A DNA stretch of 64,000 nt from positions 32,001 to 96,000 of the forward strand of contig CAVWXH010000009.1 in NCBI GenBank assembly GCA_963758915.1, given 5' to 3'. The notes under the pieces are model-generated. The model was not told the origin of the DNA. It ran no database searches and worked only from the letters and a program-made list of their open reading frames with translations. This DNA is from an uncultured Methanomicrobiales archaeon. Its GTDB lineage: Archaea > Halobacteriota > Methanomicrobia > Methanomicrobiales > Methanospirillaceae. The translations under genes were made by a program, and so were the position numbers. This document shows, piece after piece, positions 19,596 through 30,037 of the stretch (its first letter is position 1; the number at the start of each line of letters is the position of its first letter).

Positions 19596-20066
19596 ATGGG
19601 GTTCGATTGTAAACAGTGTGGGACATGTTGCATGTACATGGGGGATTATATTAGTATTGACCGTGAGATCGGCCCGTTTGAATTTGAATGCAGTTCCGTC
19701 TCAACAGGGACACCATTTTCTGCAACGGTTGACGAGGATAAACGGGAGCTCTTCATTGATACGACATGGATACAGGAACACCCGGAAGCATGCCGGTTTC
19801 TCCGACCATCAGGCGAGCGGATCATATGTACCATCCATACTTCAAGTGCCCCACAGTGTAAGTTCTACCGGTGCGTGGTTTTCCGGGTGTATACCCCGGA
19901 AAGGAAGTTCCTTGGAACAGTAACAGGCACCCTTGCATTACATACAGGGGACGAGGAGTTACAGTCAGTCTGGGAACGGGGAGATCGGATTATCGAGTGG
20001 GAATCCCCGGATGTGGAGGACCAGATAGCCGCCTATCTCATTAATAATGGATATATTCCCGAATAG
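19596..20066 (+). CDS. YkgJ-family Cys-cluster (putative Zn/Fe-chelating) protein
   Basis: FDCKQCGTCC, CRFL, CTIH..PQCKFY. Confidence 0.85.
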   Translation: MGFDCKQCGTCCMYMGDYISIDREIGPFEFECSSVSTGTPFSATVDEDKRELFIDTTWIQEHPEACRFLRPSGERIICTIHTSSAPQCKFYRCVVFRVYTPERKFLGTVTGTLALHTGDEELQSVWERGDRIIEWESPDVEDQIAAYLINNGYIPE

Positions 20067-20210
20067 TCCAACCCTGGCAGCACTACTGGAAATCTCCTGC
20101 ACCGGGTAAATACCGGCCTGAAGAACCATATGGATTCTTTGGGATATACTCAGGTTTCCCCCGTCTTATACGGAATATTAATTGCGTCTGCGGTGAATGG
20201 GCAGTTACGA

Positions 20211-21128
20211 ATGATTCCACGCGAGGTTATCACCGGTGCTATGTTTGGTGGACATAACTGTGACGGACACCCGGAATCCCAGTCCAGGCTGCTCTGTGCG
20301 ATGAAGGGTATTCCCAGGGACGTGAAGCTCCTCAAACCCGAAATTGCATCACCTGAAGACCTGGCAAGATCGCACGACGAAAATTATATCGAGTTGGTGG
20401 CAGAACGTTGCCGGGAATGCCTGCCCGGGAAGTGCCTCTACCTGGACTCTGACACGTACATTACCGGTAATTCCTACAATATTGCACGTCTTGCTGCAGG
20501 TTCTGCGATAAAAGCAGTTGAGAGGGTCTTTGGAGGTAGTCACTGCTTTGCGCTGGTCAGGCCACCGGGCCATCATGCGGACAGCAGGCACGCCATGGGA
20601 TTTTGTCTTTTCAATAATGCAGCGATAGCCGCCACATATGCACTATTACGATGTGACAGGGTCGCAATCGTTGACTGGGACGTGCACCACGGCAATGGTA
20701 CCCAGGAAATCTTCTATGATTCACCAGATGTGTTGTACTGCTCTGTCCACCAGGCATGCCATTATCCAGGAACCGGTACCCCGGGAGAAACCGGTACCGG
20801 GGCAGGAAAGGGGTTCACACTGAACATTCCGTTACCCGCCGGATCATCTGCCAGAGAATACCGGGCTGCATTTGAGCACATAATTATCCCGGGACTACAG
20901 CAGTACCAACCCGATATCATTATTGTTTCTGCTGGACAGGACTGCCTTTTTGATGACCCGCTTGGGAATATGGACCTCCGTCCCAAAGATGTTGGTGAGA
21001 TGGCCAGGCTGGTATGTGAATGCTCCGGAGGCCCGGTTGCATTTATCCTTGAAGGTGGATACGGCCCGTCACATGGTGAGGCTGTTGCGGAGATATTCGG
21101 GGCCATGGGGAACGATTCATTGCAATAA
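20211..21128 (+). CDS. Histone deacetylase family amidohydrolase (start uncertain, 20130-20241)
   Basis: [39 protein letters not shown]. Confidence 0.93.
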   Translation: MIPREVITGAMFGGHNCDGHPESQSRLLCAMKGIPRDVKLLKPEIASPEDLARSHDENYIELVAERCRECLPGKCLYLDSDTYITGNSYNIARLAAGSAIKAVERVFGGSHCFALVRPPGHHADSRHAMGFCLFNNAAIAATYALLRCDRVAIVDWDVHHGNGTQEIFYDSPDVLYCSVHQACHYPGTGTPGETGTGAGKGFTLNIPLPAGSSAREYRAAFEHIIIPGLQQYQPDIIIVSAGQDCLFDDPLGNMDLRPKDVGEMARLVCECSGGPVAFILEGGYGPSHGEAVAEIFGAMGNDSLQ

Positions 21129-21129
21129 C

Positions 21130-21244
21130 GGCTTTGTTGAAACCCTTCGGTATCATAAAAAATAAGAGGGAAATACGAAGAATGGAGGGGGTGAAACCCA
21201 TTCCTGTCAGACATGCGGTTTGGGGTTATTGGCGGTGACCCTGC
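21130..21244 (-). repeat. Right arm of the MITE-like repeat, inverted
   Basis: GGCTTTGTTGAAACCCTTCGGTATCATAAAAAATAAGAGGGAAATACGAAG is nearly the reverse complement of 4619-4668; fills the gap between two convergent stops. Confidence 0.78.
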
Positions 21245-22957
21245 TTATACGAAGAAAAACGGGAGTCCGAATGTATTTTCGAAAAGGTCAGCCCTGATCC
21301 CTGCTTGTTCCTTTTCGGGACTGACATTGTAAGACGAAGTGATAATACATTCAATACTCTCAGGCCGGATTGAACACTGCACCGATTCCACAGTGCCCTG
21401 GTGCCGGAAGTCAAGACCATCAGCAATCCGGAGGAGCGCTGAAAGTACAATCGTCCGCTGCTGATCATCGGGTGAGAGGATAGAAAAAAGGTCAAACTCC
21501 GAAGGCTGTTTCTTTCCCCGGTGACTACGTGCAACAAGGCTGATGATGGAGCGTTCGGCAACACCGAACGGGATTGACTCATCTGCAAGGATGAGTGCTC
21601 CGCTCCGCTCGCCATGTCCTTTTTTTCCTGATTTCCAGCCAATGTCATGGAGCATCCCCGCACATTCCAGGAGAAAACGGGAACGCTCACTCATCTGGTG
21701 AAGCGGCATCAGATCATCAAATAGTGCAAGCGCCATTTCCGTAACACGGCGGGCGTGAACCAGTCCTTCCGGGTAGACCATGGCTAGTTGCAGGACTGCC
21801 AGGCGCGAAAATTCGATATCTGCGTTTTTAGGGAGATACTGGTTTTTTACACTACCTGCCACCACCCTTCGGAGGTCATCCCATGTACCGGAACGAACGA
21901 GCGTGTCCCAGTACCGTACAAATTTACGGTAGAGTACCGTCCTTTCTCTCTCCCGGTTCGCCAGGAATAATTTCAGACCGGTAATTTCTGTTGATGAAGG
22001 CCTGTTCGATTCAGTAACCGGACGAAGCCTGGCGCGCTCTTTTAACAGGGTGCGTGTAACCATGTCTATCCATACGTCACAATCGTGGAGACTGCCGAGC
22101 ATCTCCTGGAGACTTGCGACCCTCCTGATGGGTTTTCTTAACCCAAGCCGGTATAGCTGCGCGTACACTTCCATCGTGTAACGGAGTTTCTTTGATGCGA
22201 TCCTCATCGCATGGTGCTCTGCGATGGCATCAGGGTGACGTACCCAGGACGCAAAGGAGAGCAGAACAGCGATTTGTCGTCCGATGTGGTCAGCTGCTAC
22301 CGGGGGGATACCGGTTAAGGACGGCTTCTTTCGTACTGAACCGGACCGATCAATCAGGGACTGGACTGTTCCCTGCATGGCAGGGAGTTCCTGCCGCTTT
22401 TCGAGGCGTTCAACTGATGCAATAACATCTTTTTGTAACGATATCCGCTGCTTTTTCAGGTCAGACATGAGGTAGTCAATACCGAGGACCAGCGGTGATC
22501 CGGGGCCCGGGTCCCCTCCTGCCTGTGATTTCTGGTGTGCCAGCGTCCGCTTCCGGAATTTTTTTAGGAACACGATCTGGACATCAGTATCCCGTGCATC
22601 GCCAAGCACCCGGGTAACCTGCCGGACTTCATCCAGCCAGGTATCATATTTCTTTTCAGGAAGGCACGATTCAAAAAGTGGCATTGCAGCCCGCAGACGC
22701 CGGCTCGCAACCCTCATGCGGTGGATGCACTCGATGTCCTCTGCCTCTTTTACCCCTTGCGTTTCTGCTGCCAGGGCATCGATCTTGGGGGCCAGCTGGT
22801 ATGCGCCATAGAGGCACATCCCCCGCACCCGGACTGGCAGAATACTTTTCACCACCTCAGCCGGGTCACCGGATGGTACCTTAATTAAATCAATATCCCG
22901 GGGAGTAATGGGAGAGCGCTCAGCAGGTTTTGCATTGCCAGGTTGGGGTGGTGACAC
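21245..22957 (-). CDS. CHAD-domain protein fused to a Ppx/GppA-type HD domain
   Basis: EDIECIHRMRVASRRLR, LGDARDTDV, HAMRIASKKLRY, LGSLHDCDV; then HARRV..LFD, MLHDIG, LRIADGLD. Confidence 0.9.
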   Translation of the reverse strand: MSPPQPGNAKPAERSPITPRDIDLIKVPSGDPAEVVKSILPVRVRGMCLYGAYQLAPKIDALAAETQGVKEAEDIECIHRMRVASRRLRAAMPLFESCLPEKKYDTWLDEVRQVTRVLGDARDTDVQIVFLKKFRKRTLAHQKSQAGGDPGPGSPLVLGIDYLMSDLKKQRISLQKDVIASVERLEKRQELPAMQGTVQSLIDRSGSVRKKPSLTGIPPVAADHIGRQIAVLLSFASWVRHPDAIAEHHAMRIASKKLRYTMEVYAQLYRLGLRKPIRRVASLQEMLGSLHDCDVWIDMVTRTLLKERARLRPVTESNRPSSTEITGLKLFLANRERERTVLYRKFVRYWDTLVRSGTWDDLRRVVAGSVKNQYLPKNADIEFSRLAVLQLAMVYPEGLVHARRVTEMALALFDDLMPLHQMSERSRFLLECAGMLHDIGWKSGKKGHGERSGALILADESIPFGVAERSIISLVARSHRGKKQPSEFDLFSILSPDDQQRTIVLSALLRIADGLDFRHQGTVESVQCSIRPESIECIITSSYNVSPEKEQAGIRADLFENTFGLPFFFV

Positions 22958-23180
22958 AGGTAGTCAGGATAACCATTTGCTCTGCATATATTTGTGTTTA
23001 TTTTATCCCTGAAGGGTCCGGCTAACGGGGCGTCACTGCCAATTTTGAATAGGTAATGGAAAACATGTCAGATAACTGTACAATCAGGCAGGACGCAGGA
23101 TTCAATAGCAATGGACTGAATTACCAGTTTTTTTACCTTTATTAGCATAGGTTATTATTTCCAGACATTCTTTTTCTGGT

Positions 23181-23531
23181 ATGGACATTCCCTTGTTCAC
23201 CGATATAGTCCGGATATTTACATATTTTTTTGGCATTGTAGGGGCTGCAATTATTATCTTTGGCGGGATCGGGGCGACGGTGAACATCATCCTCCTCGAG
23301 ACAAGGAAGAAAAAGGTAACATACAACGCGATAAGGGCAGATTTAACAGGAAAAATTGTATTCGGCCTCGATTTTTTCATCGCGGGCGATGTCCTCACCA
23401 CGGTCCTCAACCCATCCACGAGTGACCTGTTTACACTCGGGGCTGTGGTCGTTATCCGGACAATCCTCGGATATTTCCTGTCAAAAGAAAATATCTCGCT
23501 GGAGCCTGTAATTACTCCCGGAACTCAGTAA
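23181..23531 (+). CDS. DUF1622 membrane protein
   Basis: IRADL..FGLDFFIAGDVLTTV..P..L..LGAVVVIRTILGYFL. Confidence 0.85.
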   Translation: MDIPLFTDIVRIFTYFFGIVGAAIIIFGGIGATVNIILLETRKKKVTYNAIRADLTGKIVFGLDFFIAGDVLTTVLNPSTSDLFTLGAVVVIRTILGYFLSKENISLEPVITPGTQ

Positions 23532-23731
23532 TTACGGCTTTTTTCCGGTAGGATTATAACTTTTTCACCAACGTTGCAGGTGAAAAAATGGACATTTCAT
23601 ATTTTCATCGGTTCGTTGTCATACCGTTAGGCTTCTGGGATGTTTCTCTTTAGAAACGGTGGGAATCGTACAGCATTATCCTTCATTTACATTCCCCCTG
23701 ATAGAAAAGATATATTAAACAACGGGATGAA

Positions 23732-24244
23732 ATGTCGTTAACGATTGTCATGTTCTGCCCGGGTTGTGGAGAGAAAAATGATGATACGACAACCTGCTGC
23801 ACAAAATGCGGGTTGGACCTCGCCCGACTCAGATTAGTGCTGGCAGAAGACGCCAAGGACTCCTGCAGTGCAGGCAGGGGGGATACCACGCCTGTCGGAC
23901 CCATTCTTTCCGGGGACAGCAGTATAACAGATAATGTAACGGCCGATCCTCTGCCAGCAGGTGCCGGGGGTACTGCATCTCCTGACCCTGCAGTTTTTGA
24001 TATAACAGACCCTGTTCAATTAAAAGAACGTGGAAATGAGTTATTTCGGCAGGAAAAATTTCTGGACGCACTGGATTGTTATGAAAAGGCACTTGCCATT
24101 GACCAGTTCTACACAGAGGCCTGGTTTAATAAATCAATGGTCTTAAAAAAAATTGGTCGTACTGACCAGTCAAAAGTATGCTGGGGGATCTATAAACGGC
24201 TCAGTTCGGGTGCACCTGAATCACAAAAAAACAGGCAGGACTGA
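23732..24244 (+). CDS. Zinc-ribbon plus TPR protein
   Basis: FCPGCG..CTKCG; GNELF..ALDCYEKALAID..AWFNK. Confidence 0.8.
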   Translation: MSLTIVMFCPGCGEKNDDTTTCCTKCGLDLARLRLVLAEDAKDSCSAGRGDTTPVGPILSGDSSITDNVTADPLPAGAGGTASPDPAVFDITDPVQLKERGNELFRQEKFLDALDCYEKALAIDQFYTEAWFNKSMVLKKIGRTDQSKVCWGIYKRLSSGAPESQKNRQD

Positions 24245-24365
24245 CAGCCCCCACATTAACAGCAGAATGTATTACCACGAAGTTGTGGCATATAACCTCG
24301 CAGTTCATTCAGCAGAAGCAATTTATTGCTTCCCGTTCCAGCCTGAGTAACAACATGATAGTGAA

Positions 24366-24797
24366 GTGGTACGAATGAAGAAACCGAAACTTATGGTTAT
24401 TGCCATGGTGCTGGGTCTTGCACTCCTTATGACACCGGTAGTCTCCGCATCCTATACCCCCTTTGGAAATAGCATGATAAAAACTGATTCTGAATTTTCC
24501 GGGGACGCCGTCCTGAATGAGACCATTGATATGAAATGGACAACGGGGATGGATACGTATGAATGGAAACAATCATCAGTGTATAAAAATACGTTGGGCC
24601 AGAAGACCCAGTCGGTCCTGAATTTCAGGCTGGAGAATGGAAGTGTCTCCTGGTTATTCCAGAGAAATGGCTTCAGTATCCCATCCCAGGCGTCGATAAA
24701 CCAGTATATGGACGATAAGACTATCACAAAACCACAATACCACCTTTCATACCCGGCGATTCCGTTTTACGCCAGGTATCAGTATGATCTGATATAA
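24366..24797 (+). CDS. Hypothetical secreted protein
   Basis: Signal peptide MKKPKL..PVVSA; followed by T-rich terminator-like run. Confidence 0.65.
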   Translation: MVRMKKPKLMVIAMVLGLALLMTPVVSASYTPFGNSMIKTDSEFSGDAVLNETIDMKWTTGMDTYEWKQSSVYKNTLGQKTQSVLNFRLENGSVSWLFQRNGFSIPSQASINQYMDDKTITKPQYHLSYPAIPFYARYQYDLI

Positions 24798-24888
24798 CAT
24801 CATTTTTTTAACACCTCTTGTTAGGGGAATGGTTTATAGCCAGGTTGCTTTTTTGTAATATCTCAGTTATATTACAGAACCGCCCGCC

Positions 24889-25380
24889 TTACCCCGTACC
24901 ACTCCTGCTCATGAGGGATGCCCTTACTGCCTCTGCGTGACCGTTAACCTTTACCTTACGCCAGACTTCCACGATCGTTCCGTCCGGGTTTATCAAAAAG
25001 GTATCACGTTCTGTCCCGAAGAATTCTTTTCCGAACATTACTTTGGGTTTCCATGCATCGTACGCTTTTAGCACGCGGTGGTCAGCATCACTGAGCAGTA
25101 CAACGCTCAGGTTATGCTTCTCAGTAAACCGCTGGTGACTCTCCGGGGAATCACCGCTCACACCAATGACCTGCGCACCGAGTGCCGCAAACTGTTCAAG
25201 CGCGGCGGAAAACCTGACGGCCTCAAGAGTACATCCCGGTGTATTGTCTTTTGGGTAAAAATACAGTACAACCCATTTCCCGCGAAACGTCCCAAGGCAT
25301 ACTTCTTTCCCTTCTGCACCGGGGAGACAGAAATCAGGTGCCTGCCTGTTAATGAACGCATCAATATCTTTTTTTACCAT
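24889..25380 (-). CDS. bcp: Peroxiredoxin, Bcp/PrxQ family
   Basis: VVLYFYPKDNTPGCTLEA, GVSGDS, LLSD, ERDTFLI, GHAE. Confidence 0.92.
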   Translation of the reverse strand: MVKKDIDAFINRQAPDFCLPGAEGKEVCLGTFRGKWVVLYFYPKDNTPGCTLEAVRFSAALEQFAALGAQVIGVSGDSPESHQRFTEKHNLSVVLLSDADHRVLKAYDAWKPKVMFGKEFFGTERDTFLINPDGTIVEVWRKVKVNGHAEAVRASLMSRSGTG

Positions 25381-25723
25381 TGCTACCAGCTGGGTAATAG
25401 CCCTTTTCACTATTTGAATATATGGCGGCGATAAACGGGCAGTGATGTGACATAGACAGGCCTGATGACTGCAAATGGAATTTTGAGGACGGCTAGCCGA
25501 TTTTCTTGGAATCCGCTTTGAAAATGACTGCCCCGCCCTGGTTTTCAGACCTGGAGGTTCTAATCCGGATAGGTTTTCCAATCTTCACTATTCCAATATA
25601 GTACTGGCTGAATACAATAGTACCTGCACATCCCGGAGATTCATACGTTGCCTTTAAAAAAATGGAGGGTGGGTCAGTGCTTGCGCACTATGGTGATGCG
25701 GCAACTCATATGCCCGGCAGCGA

Positions 25724-26074
25724 CTACGGTTCCATCTCATTATTCCCGAGGGTCTTTTCCCCGGTCTCTTCCCTGAAAAAGTCGACCCAGGCCTGCCGCG
25801 CTTCTTTCTGGACCTGGTTTTCCCGGAGATACCTGTAGAGGGCATATATGACAAGGAGATATGCAAGTGTCCGTATGATAATTAATGGAAGGGTGAGTGG
25901 CACCTTCAGCCCGGCCAGCGTCGCTGCGTGTGATAATCCGAAAAGACCAAACGCAATCCCTACATAGAGGGGAAGTTTCTCACCGCTCTTTTTAAAAATG
26001 AGGTACCCAAGTACCAGGATGATGATACAAAGGATCAGGTTGATAAAAATAATGGGGTCCCATTCTATTGCCAT
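25724..26074 (-). CDS. Small 3-TM membrane protein
   Basis: Hydrophobic helices, AFGLFGLSH, IIRTLAY; GGTGAG SD. Confidence 0.7.
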   Translation of the reverse strand: MAIEWDPIIFINLILCIIILVLGYLIFKKSGEKLPLYVGIAFGLFGLSHAATLAGLKVPLTLPLIIIRTLAYLLVIYALYRYLRENQVQKEARQAWVDFFREETGEKTLGNNEMEP

Positions 26075-26218
26075 ACCTTACTCACCATTGAAATAATCTA
26101 TCTGTATATAATCGTACTTTGTTATTAACCTGGAAGGTCAGAGAATTACTGTATATCCCCAATAAAAACCATGAGAGTCAGGGGGTTCGGGATTAATAAA
26201 CATATCAGGGGGCACAAA

Positions 26219-26563
26219 ATGGAAATAACGAGGATAGAAACGACCGATAGTGTTACCATGATGGAGAGAATCGATTCGGATACCGCGGGAATTCTCGAAA
26301 AAACACTTAATAATCTCGTGGCAACGGGATCAAAAACAATTATATGCGATTTTTCGGCAACCACCTATATCAGCAGTGCAGGCCTCCGGGTATTCCTCTC
26401 CATTACAAAAAAACTTGCCCAATCGCAGGGCAGGATCGTGCTCTGTTCACTCCGCCCGAACGTACATGAAGTGTTTAGAATTGCCGGATTTAACCAGATT
26501 ATTCAGATATATTCCACGCGGGAAGCGGCAATCAAAATATTGTCAGGAAGATCCGGATCCTGA
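26219..26563 (+). CDS. STAS-domain anti-sigma-factor-antagonist-like protein
   Basis: RIDS, ICDFSATTYISSAGLRV (phosphorylatable Ser), VHEVFRIAGF. Confidence 0.88.
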   Translation: MEITRIETTDSVTMMERIDSDTAGILEKTLNNLVATGSKTIICDFSATTYISSAGLRVFLSITKKLAQSQGRIVLCSLRPNVHEVFRIAGFNQIIQIYSTREAAIKILSGRSGS

Positions 26564-26735
26564 AAATACCGAACGACTGAATTCTGGTGCGGTCCGTTAA
26601 GGCGCCGTGAATAATGTGCCGGATATCCACGATCACATAGTTGGTGCATTTATCATTGCCATTGTGGTGTATATTATCCAGATTTCGGCGGAATGGACCA
26701 GGGAGTATTCAATACCTACTTCTTTACTATCGATA

Positions 26736-26833
26736 CCTGGTGCACCTATGCACCGGGATCTTTAACGCAATCCACAGTTTTTATTAAGATGCACCACAAA
26801 TTGTTCAGAAGGTGCACCACAAGAGGATTGCAC
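26736..26833. promoter_or_regulatory. Cluster of TGCACC motifs around the probable TATA box upstream of the acetate channel gene
   Basis: IR CCTGGTGCA-CCTA-TGCACCGGG (26736-26757); TTTTTATTAAG; direct repeat TGCACCACAA at 26790 and 26813. Confidence 0.5.
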
Positions 26834-26973
26834 TTTCACTATGGCTGAACAATCCGGCCCACCGTCCTGAAAATCCATTAGAGATGACCAATGGTCCCAG
26901 AAATTGATCAGGGTGGTTTCACCAGGACTAATGAGGCTTTGGGTAACGGCATTCATACCAGGAGAGGACATCA

Positions 26974-27564
26974 TTGACAGAAAACAAAGAAATAGGAAGG
27001 AACGATATCTTCCTGACTGATAATACTGCTAACCCGGCACCACTCGGGCTCTGTGCATTTGGCATGACGACCTTGTTATTGAGTATTCATAATTTAGGAC
27101 TAACCACGTTATCAAGCCCGATTCTCGCCATGACGATCTTTTATGGTGGCGTCGCACAGGTCATTGCCGGCATTATGGAATGGAAAAAGAACAACACTTT
27201 CGGACTTGTTACATTCGGGAGTTTCGGGTTTTTCTGGATCTCGTTTGCCTCAATCATGATGCTCCCCGCGCTTGGGCTTTCAAAAGCACCGGGTCCTGTT
27301 GAACTCGCTACATTCCTGAGCGTCTGGGGAATCTTTGCACTGGGTCTTTTTATCTGCACCTTAAAAATGCACAAGATCCTGATGGTCACGCTCCTGGCAG
27401 TCGTGCTGCTGGTAATCCTCCTCGTCGCAGCACAGTTGACCGGCAATACACTAATCCTCCAGCTTGGTGGTGTAATGGGGATCATCGCCGGGGGTCTTGC
27501 TCTTTATATCGGAATTGGCCAGCTCGTCAATGAGGTCCATGGAACAAAAGTGTTCCCTGTCTAA
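26974..27564 (+). CDS. satP: Acetate uptake channel, GPR1/FUN34/YaaH (SatP/AceP) family
   Basis: ANPAPLGL signature, FYGG..Q..AG.ME, NTFG..FGSFGFFW. Confidence 0.92.
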   Translation: MTENKEIGRNDIFLTDNTANPAPLGLCAFGMTTLLLSIHNLGLTTLSSPILAMTIFYGGVAQVIAGIMEWKKNNTFGLVTFGSFGFFWISFASIMMLPALGLSKAPGPVELATFLSVWGIFALGLFICTLKMHKILMVTLLAVVLLVILLVAAQLTGNTLILQLGGVMGIIAGGLALYIGIGQLVNEVHGTKVFPV

Positions 27565-27593
27565 TCCTTTTTTTCCATACGTGCCTGAACAGA

Positions 27594-27675
27594 CCCCGTT
27601 AGAAGGAGGTTTTGAACGAGGTATTTTCAATCGTCTGCGTGCGAGCTTCCCTTTCATGTCTGTTTCAACAAAGCC
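27594..27675 (-). repeat. Left arm of the MITE-like repeat, inverted
   Basis: Reverse complement GGCTTTGTTGAAACAGACATGAAAGGGAAGCTC..GAAAATACCTCGTTCAAAA. Confidence 0.75.
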
Positions 27676-27715
27676 TAAAAAAGATTTAAATTGCAGTGCG
27701 TTGCAATAACGCTCT

Positions 27716-28267
27716 ATGAAGGGAATTTTAACCGCGGGAATCATCACCTGCATGGTCCTTGCACTTATTATTGCAGGATGTACAACGAAACCATCAACTC
27801 CTGCTGCAACCACGGTTGCAACCGCTGGTGCAACGACAAATCCAACAGTAGTTCCTGCTTTGACACCGGTGCCGGTAACAGATCCATTACTTCAGGGGAA
27901 CTGGTACCTCAAACAGATGGGAGTGCAGGGTGGTACGGCACCGGTATTGATGACGAATGTCCAGATTAACATTATCTTTGATAATGCAGGGAACTTCCAG
28001 GGCACAACCGGCTGTAACAACTACCACGGCCAGTACACGCTGAGTGGCCAGCAGATGTTTAATGGTATGGGTATGACCATGGGTCCCATCGCCACTACAG
28101 GTAAATACTGTGCAGATAATGCGAACACGGAAGCAACATATTTCCAGATCCTTCAGAAGACCACCAGCTACGTTGTAAATTCAAACGGCCAGCTGACGCT
28201 TACTGACAACCTGAACAGTAACCTGGTCTACACGAAAAACCCGGCCTCCCCAATGCCGAAATTCTAA
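27716..28267 (+). CDS. META-domain (HslJ-like) lipoprotein
   Basis: Lipobox IIAGC, Thr/Pro linker, W.L, GTTGCNNYHGQY, GPIATT..C. Confidence 0.88.
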   Translation: MKGILTAGIITCMVLALIIAGCTTKPSTPAATTVATAGATTNPTVVPALTPVPVTDPLLQGNWYLKQMGVQGGTAPVLMTNVQINIIFDNAGNFQGTTGCNNYHGQYTLSGQQMFNGMGMTMGPIATTGKYCADNANTEATYFQILQKTTSYVVNSNGQLTLTDNLNSNLVYTKNPASPMPKF

Positions 28268-28444
28268 ACACCCTTTTTTTAACCAGAAAAGATTCCATCT
28301 TCGGGATATCCGGGATTCTTGGGTACGAAGGTAACAACGTAATTGATCCTTCTGACTGCTCACGTCCCACCTCTCATTGACTGATCCTTTCCTACGTTAG
28401 GTTCCAAAGAAGGTATCGTAAAGGAAAACCGGATTGGTACCGCT

Positions 28445-28813
28445 TTACCGTGTTTTTAATGCAGCTTCGACAGCACTGATAAGGGCGGCCTTATTGACTG
28501 GTTTTAAAATAAACCCATCAGCACCGTTATTTTGCGCTTTCCGGGCATCAATGCCTGAACTTTCTCCAGTTACGATGAGTTTTCTCATGCCAGGGTCGAT
28601 CTGGTGTATCTGCCTGACCAGTTCAGTCCCATGCATATCGGGGAGATTAAGGTCAAGGAGGCAGAGATCGTACTGGTGTAAACCGACCTTTACCAGGGCT
28701 TCTTCACCGGTGGAAGCGGTATCAACCCTGTACCCCCTGCTTTCCAGTATCAACCGGAAAATAGTCAGGATATTTTCCTCATCGTCTACAAGGAGAATTT
28801 TTGTTTCTTCCAT
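28445..28813 (-). CDS. Single-domain response regulator
   Basis: ILLVDDE, LLDLNLPDMHG, VTG, FILKP. Confidence 0.92.
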   Translation of the reverse strand: MEETKILLVDDEENILTIFRLILESRGYRVDTASTGEEALVKVGLHQYDLCLLDLNLPDMHGTELVRQIHQIDPGMRKLIVTGESSGIDARKAQNNGADGFILKPVNKAALISAVEAALKTR

Positions 28814-29254
28814 AGGACACGGCTCTTCCCTGTTGTCACCTGATACTATATTGTAAAACTGGATGTTACTACTACATAAAAGTATTAAAAATAACCCGGC
28901 TCTGATCCTGAATTCCGGTCATTTCAAAGGAAGGACTCTATCCGTGATTTATATTATGCCACCACCTATCCAGACTGTATTGCAGCCATAAAACGGAATT
29001 TGAGCCTTGAAATCGTTATTACTTGACCTGGGGAATTCCCGGGATTTCCATGATTACCCCCGATACCAGATCTCTTCACGGGTTTTTTTTACAAAATCGC
29101 GGACAGAGATCCTAACTGTTATTCAATAGCCACAAAAAAAAGGCAGGAGATCCGGACAAGGAGTGCTCCCACACGGATTGCTGAGTCCTTATTGAAATGT
29201 CTGTTCCCATTAAGGACAGAATCATATTCCAGTGAAGGCAATGATCATAATGAA

Positions 29255-29920
29255 ATGCCGGTCTTGGACACTTCAATTCTTGGTATATTCATATTCGGGC
29301 TTTTAGCGGGCATATGCCCCTGTAACAGCGTCCTTTGCCTGGGATTAATAGGGTATCTCAGCAGTGGAAAAACAAACCTTTCACCTGCAACAATCTTCCG
29401 GCTTGTCCTCGCATTTTCAGCCGGTACAATTCTTGTATTATTACCCCTTGGAGTAATCGCAGGGGTGTTGGGGAATTACCTGTTGTTTTTCGACAGCACG
29501 GTCGCATGGGCTTTTGGAGGGGTCCTGATGATCGCCATGGGAGTCCAGCTCCTCCACCTGTACAAACCACCAATCAGGAAAATATTTTCGTTTTTACGGG
29601 CCCCTGTATCCTACACAGTCACGGGGACCTTTCTCCTTGGCCTTTCATTCGGGGCGATAACGATCGGGCGTGGTGCGCCGATGCTGATCATCGTCCTGAC
29701 CTATATTGCCCTGTACCAGACAGCGACGCAGGGACTTATCACTATGCTGGTATACGGGATTGGTCTGAGTATCCCCCTTATTGTTATCAGCACTATTGGT
29801 GGTGCATTCGGGCAGAGAATCAAAGACTCTACCAGGTTGAGCGGAGAATTTTTCGACCGGGTTATAGGGATTTTCATAATATTTATCGGGATTTACTTCC
29901 TCTACCTTGCCTTCTTATAA
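29255..29920 (+). CDS. CcdA/DsbD-type transmembrane protein
   Basis: GLLAGICPC, 6 TM helices, YGIGLSIPL. Confidence 0.78.
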   Translation: MPVLDTSILGIFIFGLLAGICPCNSVLCLGLIGYLSSGKTNLSPATIFRLVLAFSAGTILVLLPLGVIAGVLGNYLLFFDSTVAWAFGGVLMIAMGVQLLHLYKPPIRKIFSFLRAPVSYTVTGTFLLGLSFGAITIGRGAPMLIIVLTYIALYQTATQGLITMLVYGIGLSIPLIVISTIGGAFGQRIKDSTRLSGEFFDRVIGIFIIFIGIYFLYLAFL

Positions 29921-30037
29921 ATTATTTACCGGTACCGGTAAGGGACGGGTAAAGGGTGTAACCATTCAATGTGGTCTGGCGGGGAGCACCAAAAAATGAG
30001 TTGCTATTCTGCGGAGCACAATCAGCGCACCGGGAGA

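Noticed and set aside
26607-26765. 52-aa GTG ORF with a hydrophobic stretch (IVGAFIIAIVVYII)
   Set aside because: No convincing SD and it overlaps the putative operator region; cannot be distinguished from chance.
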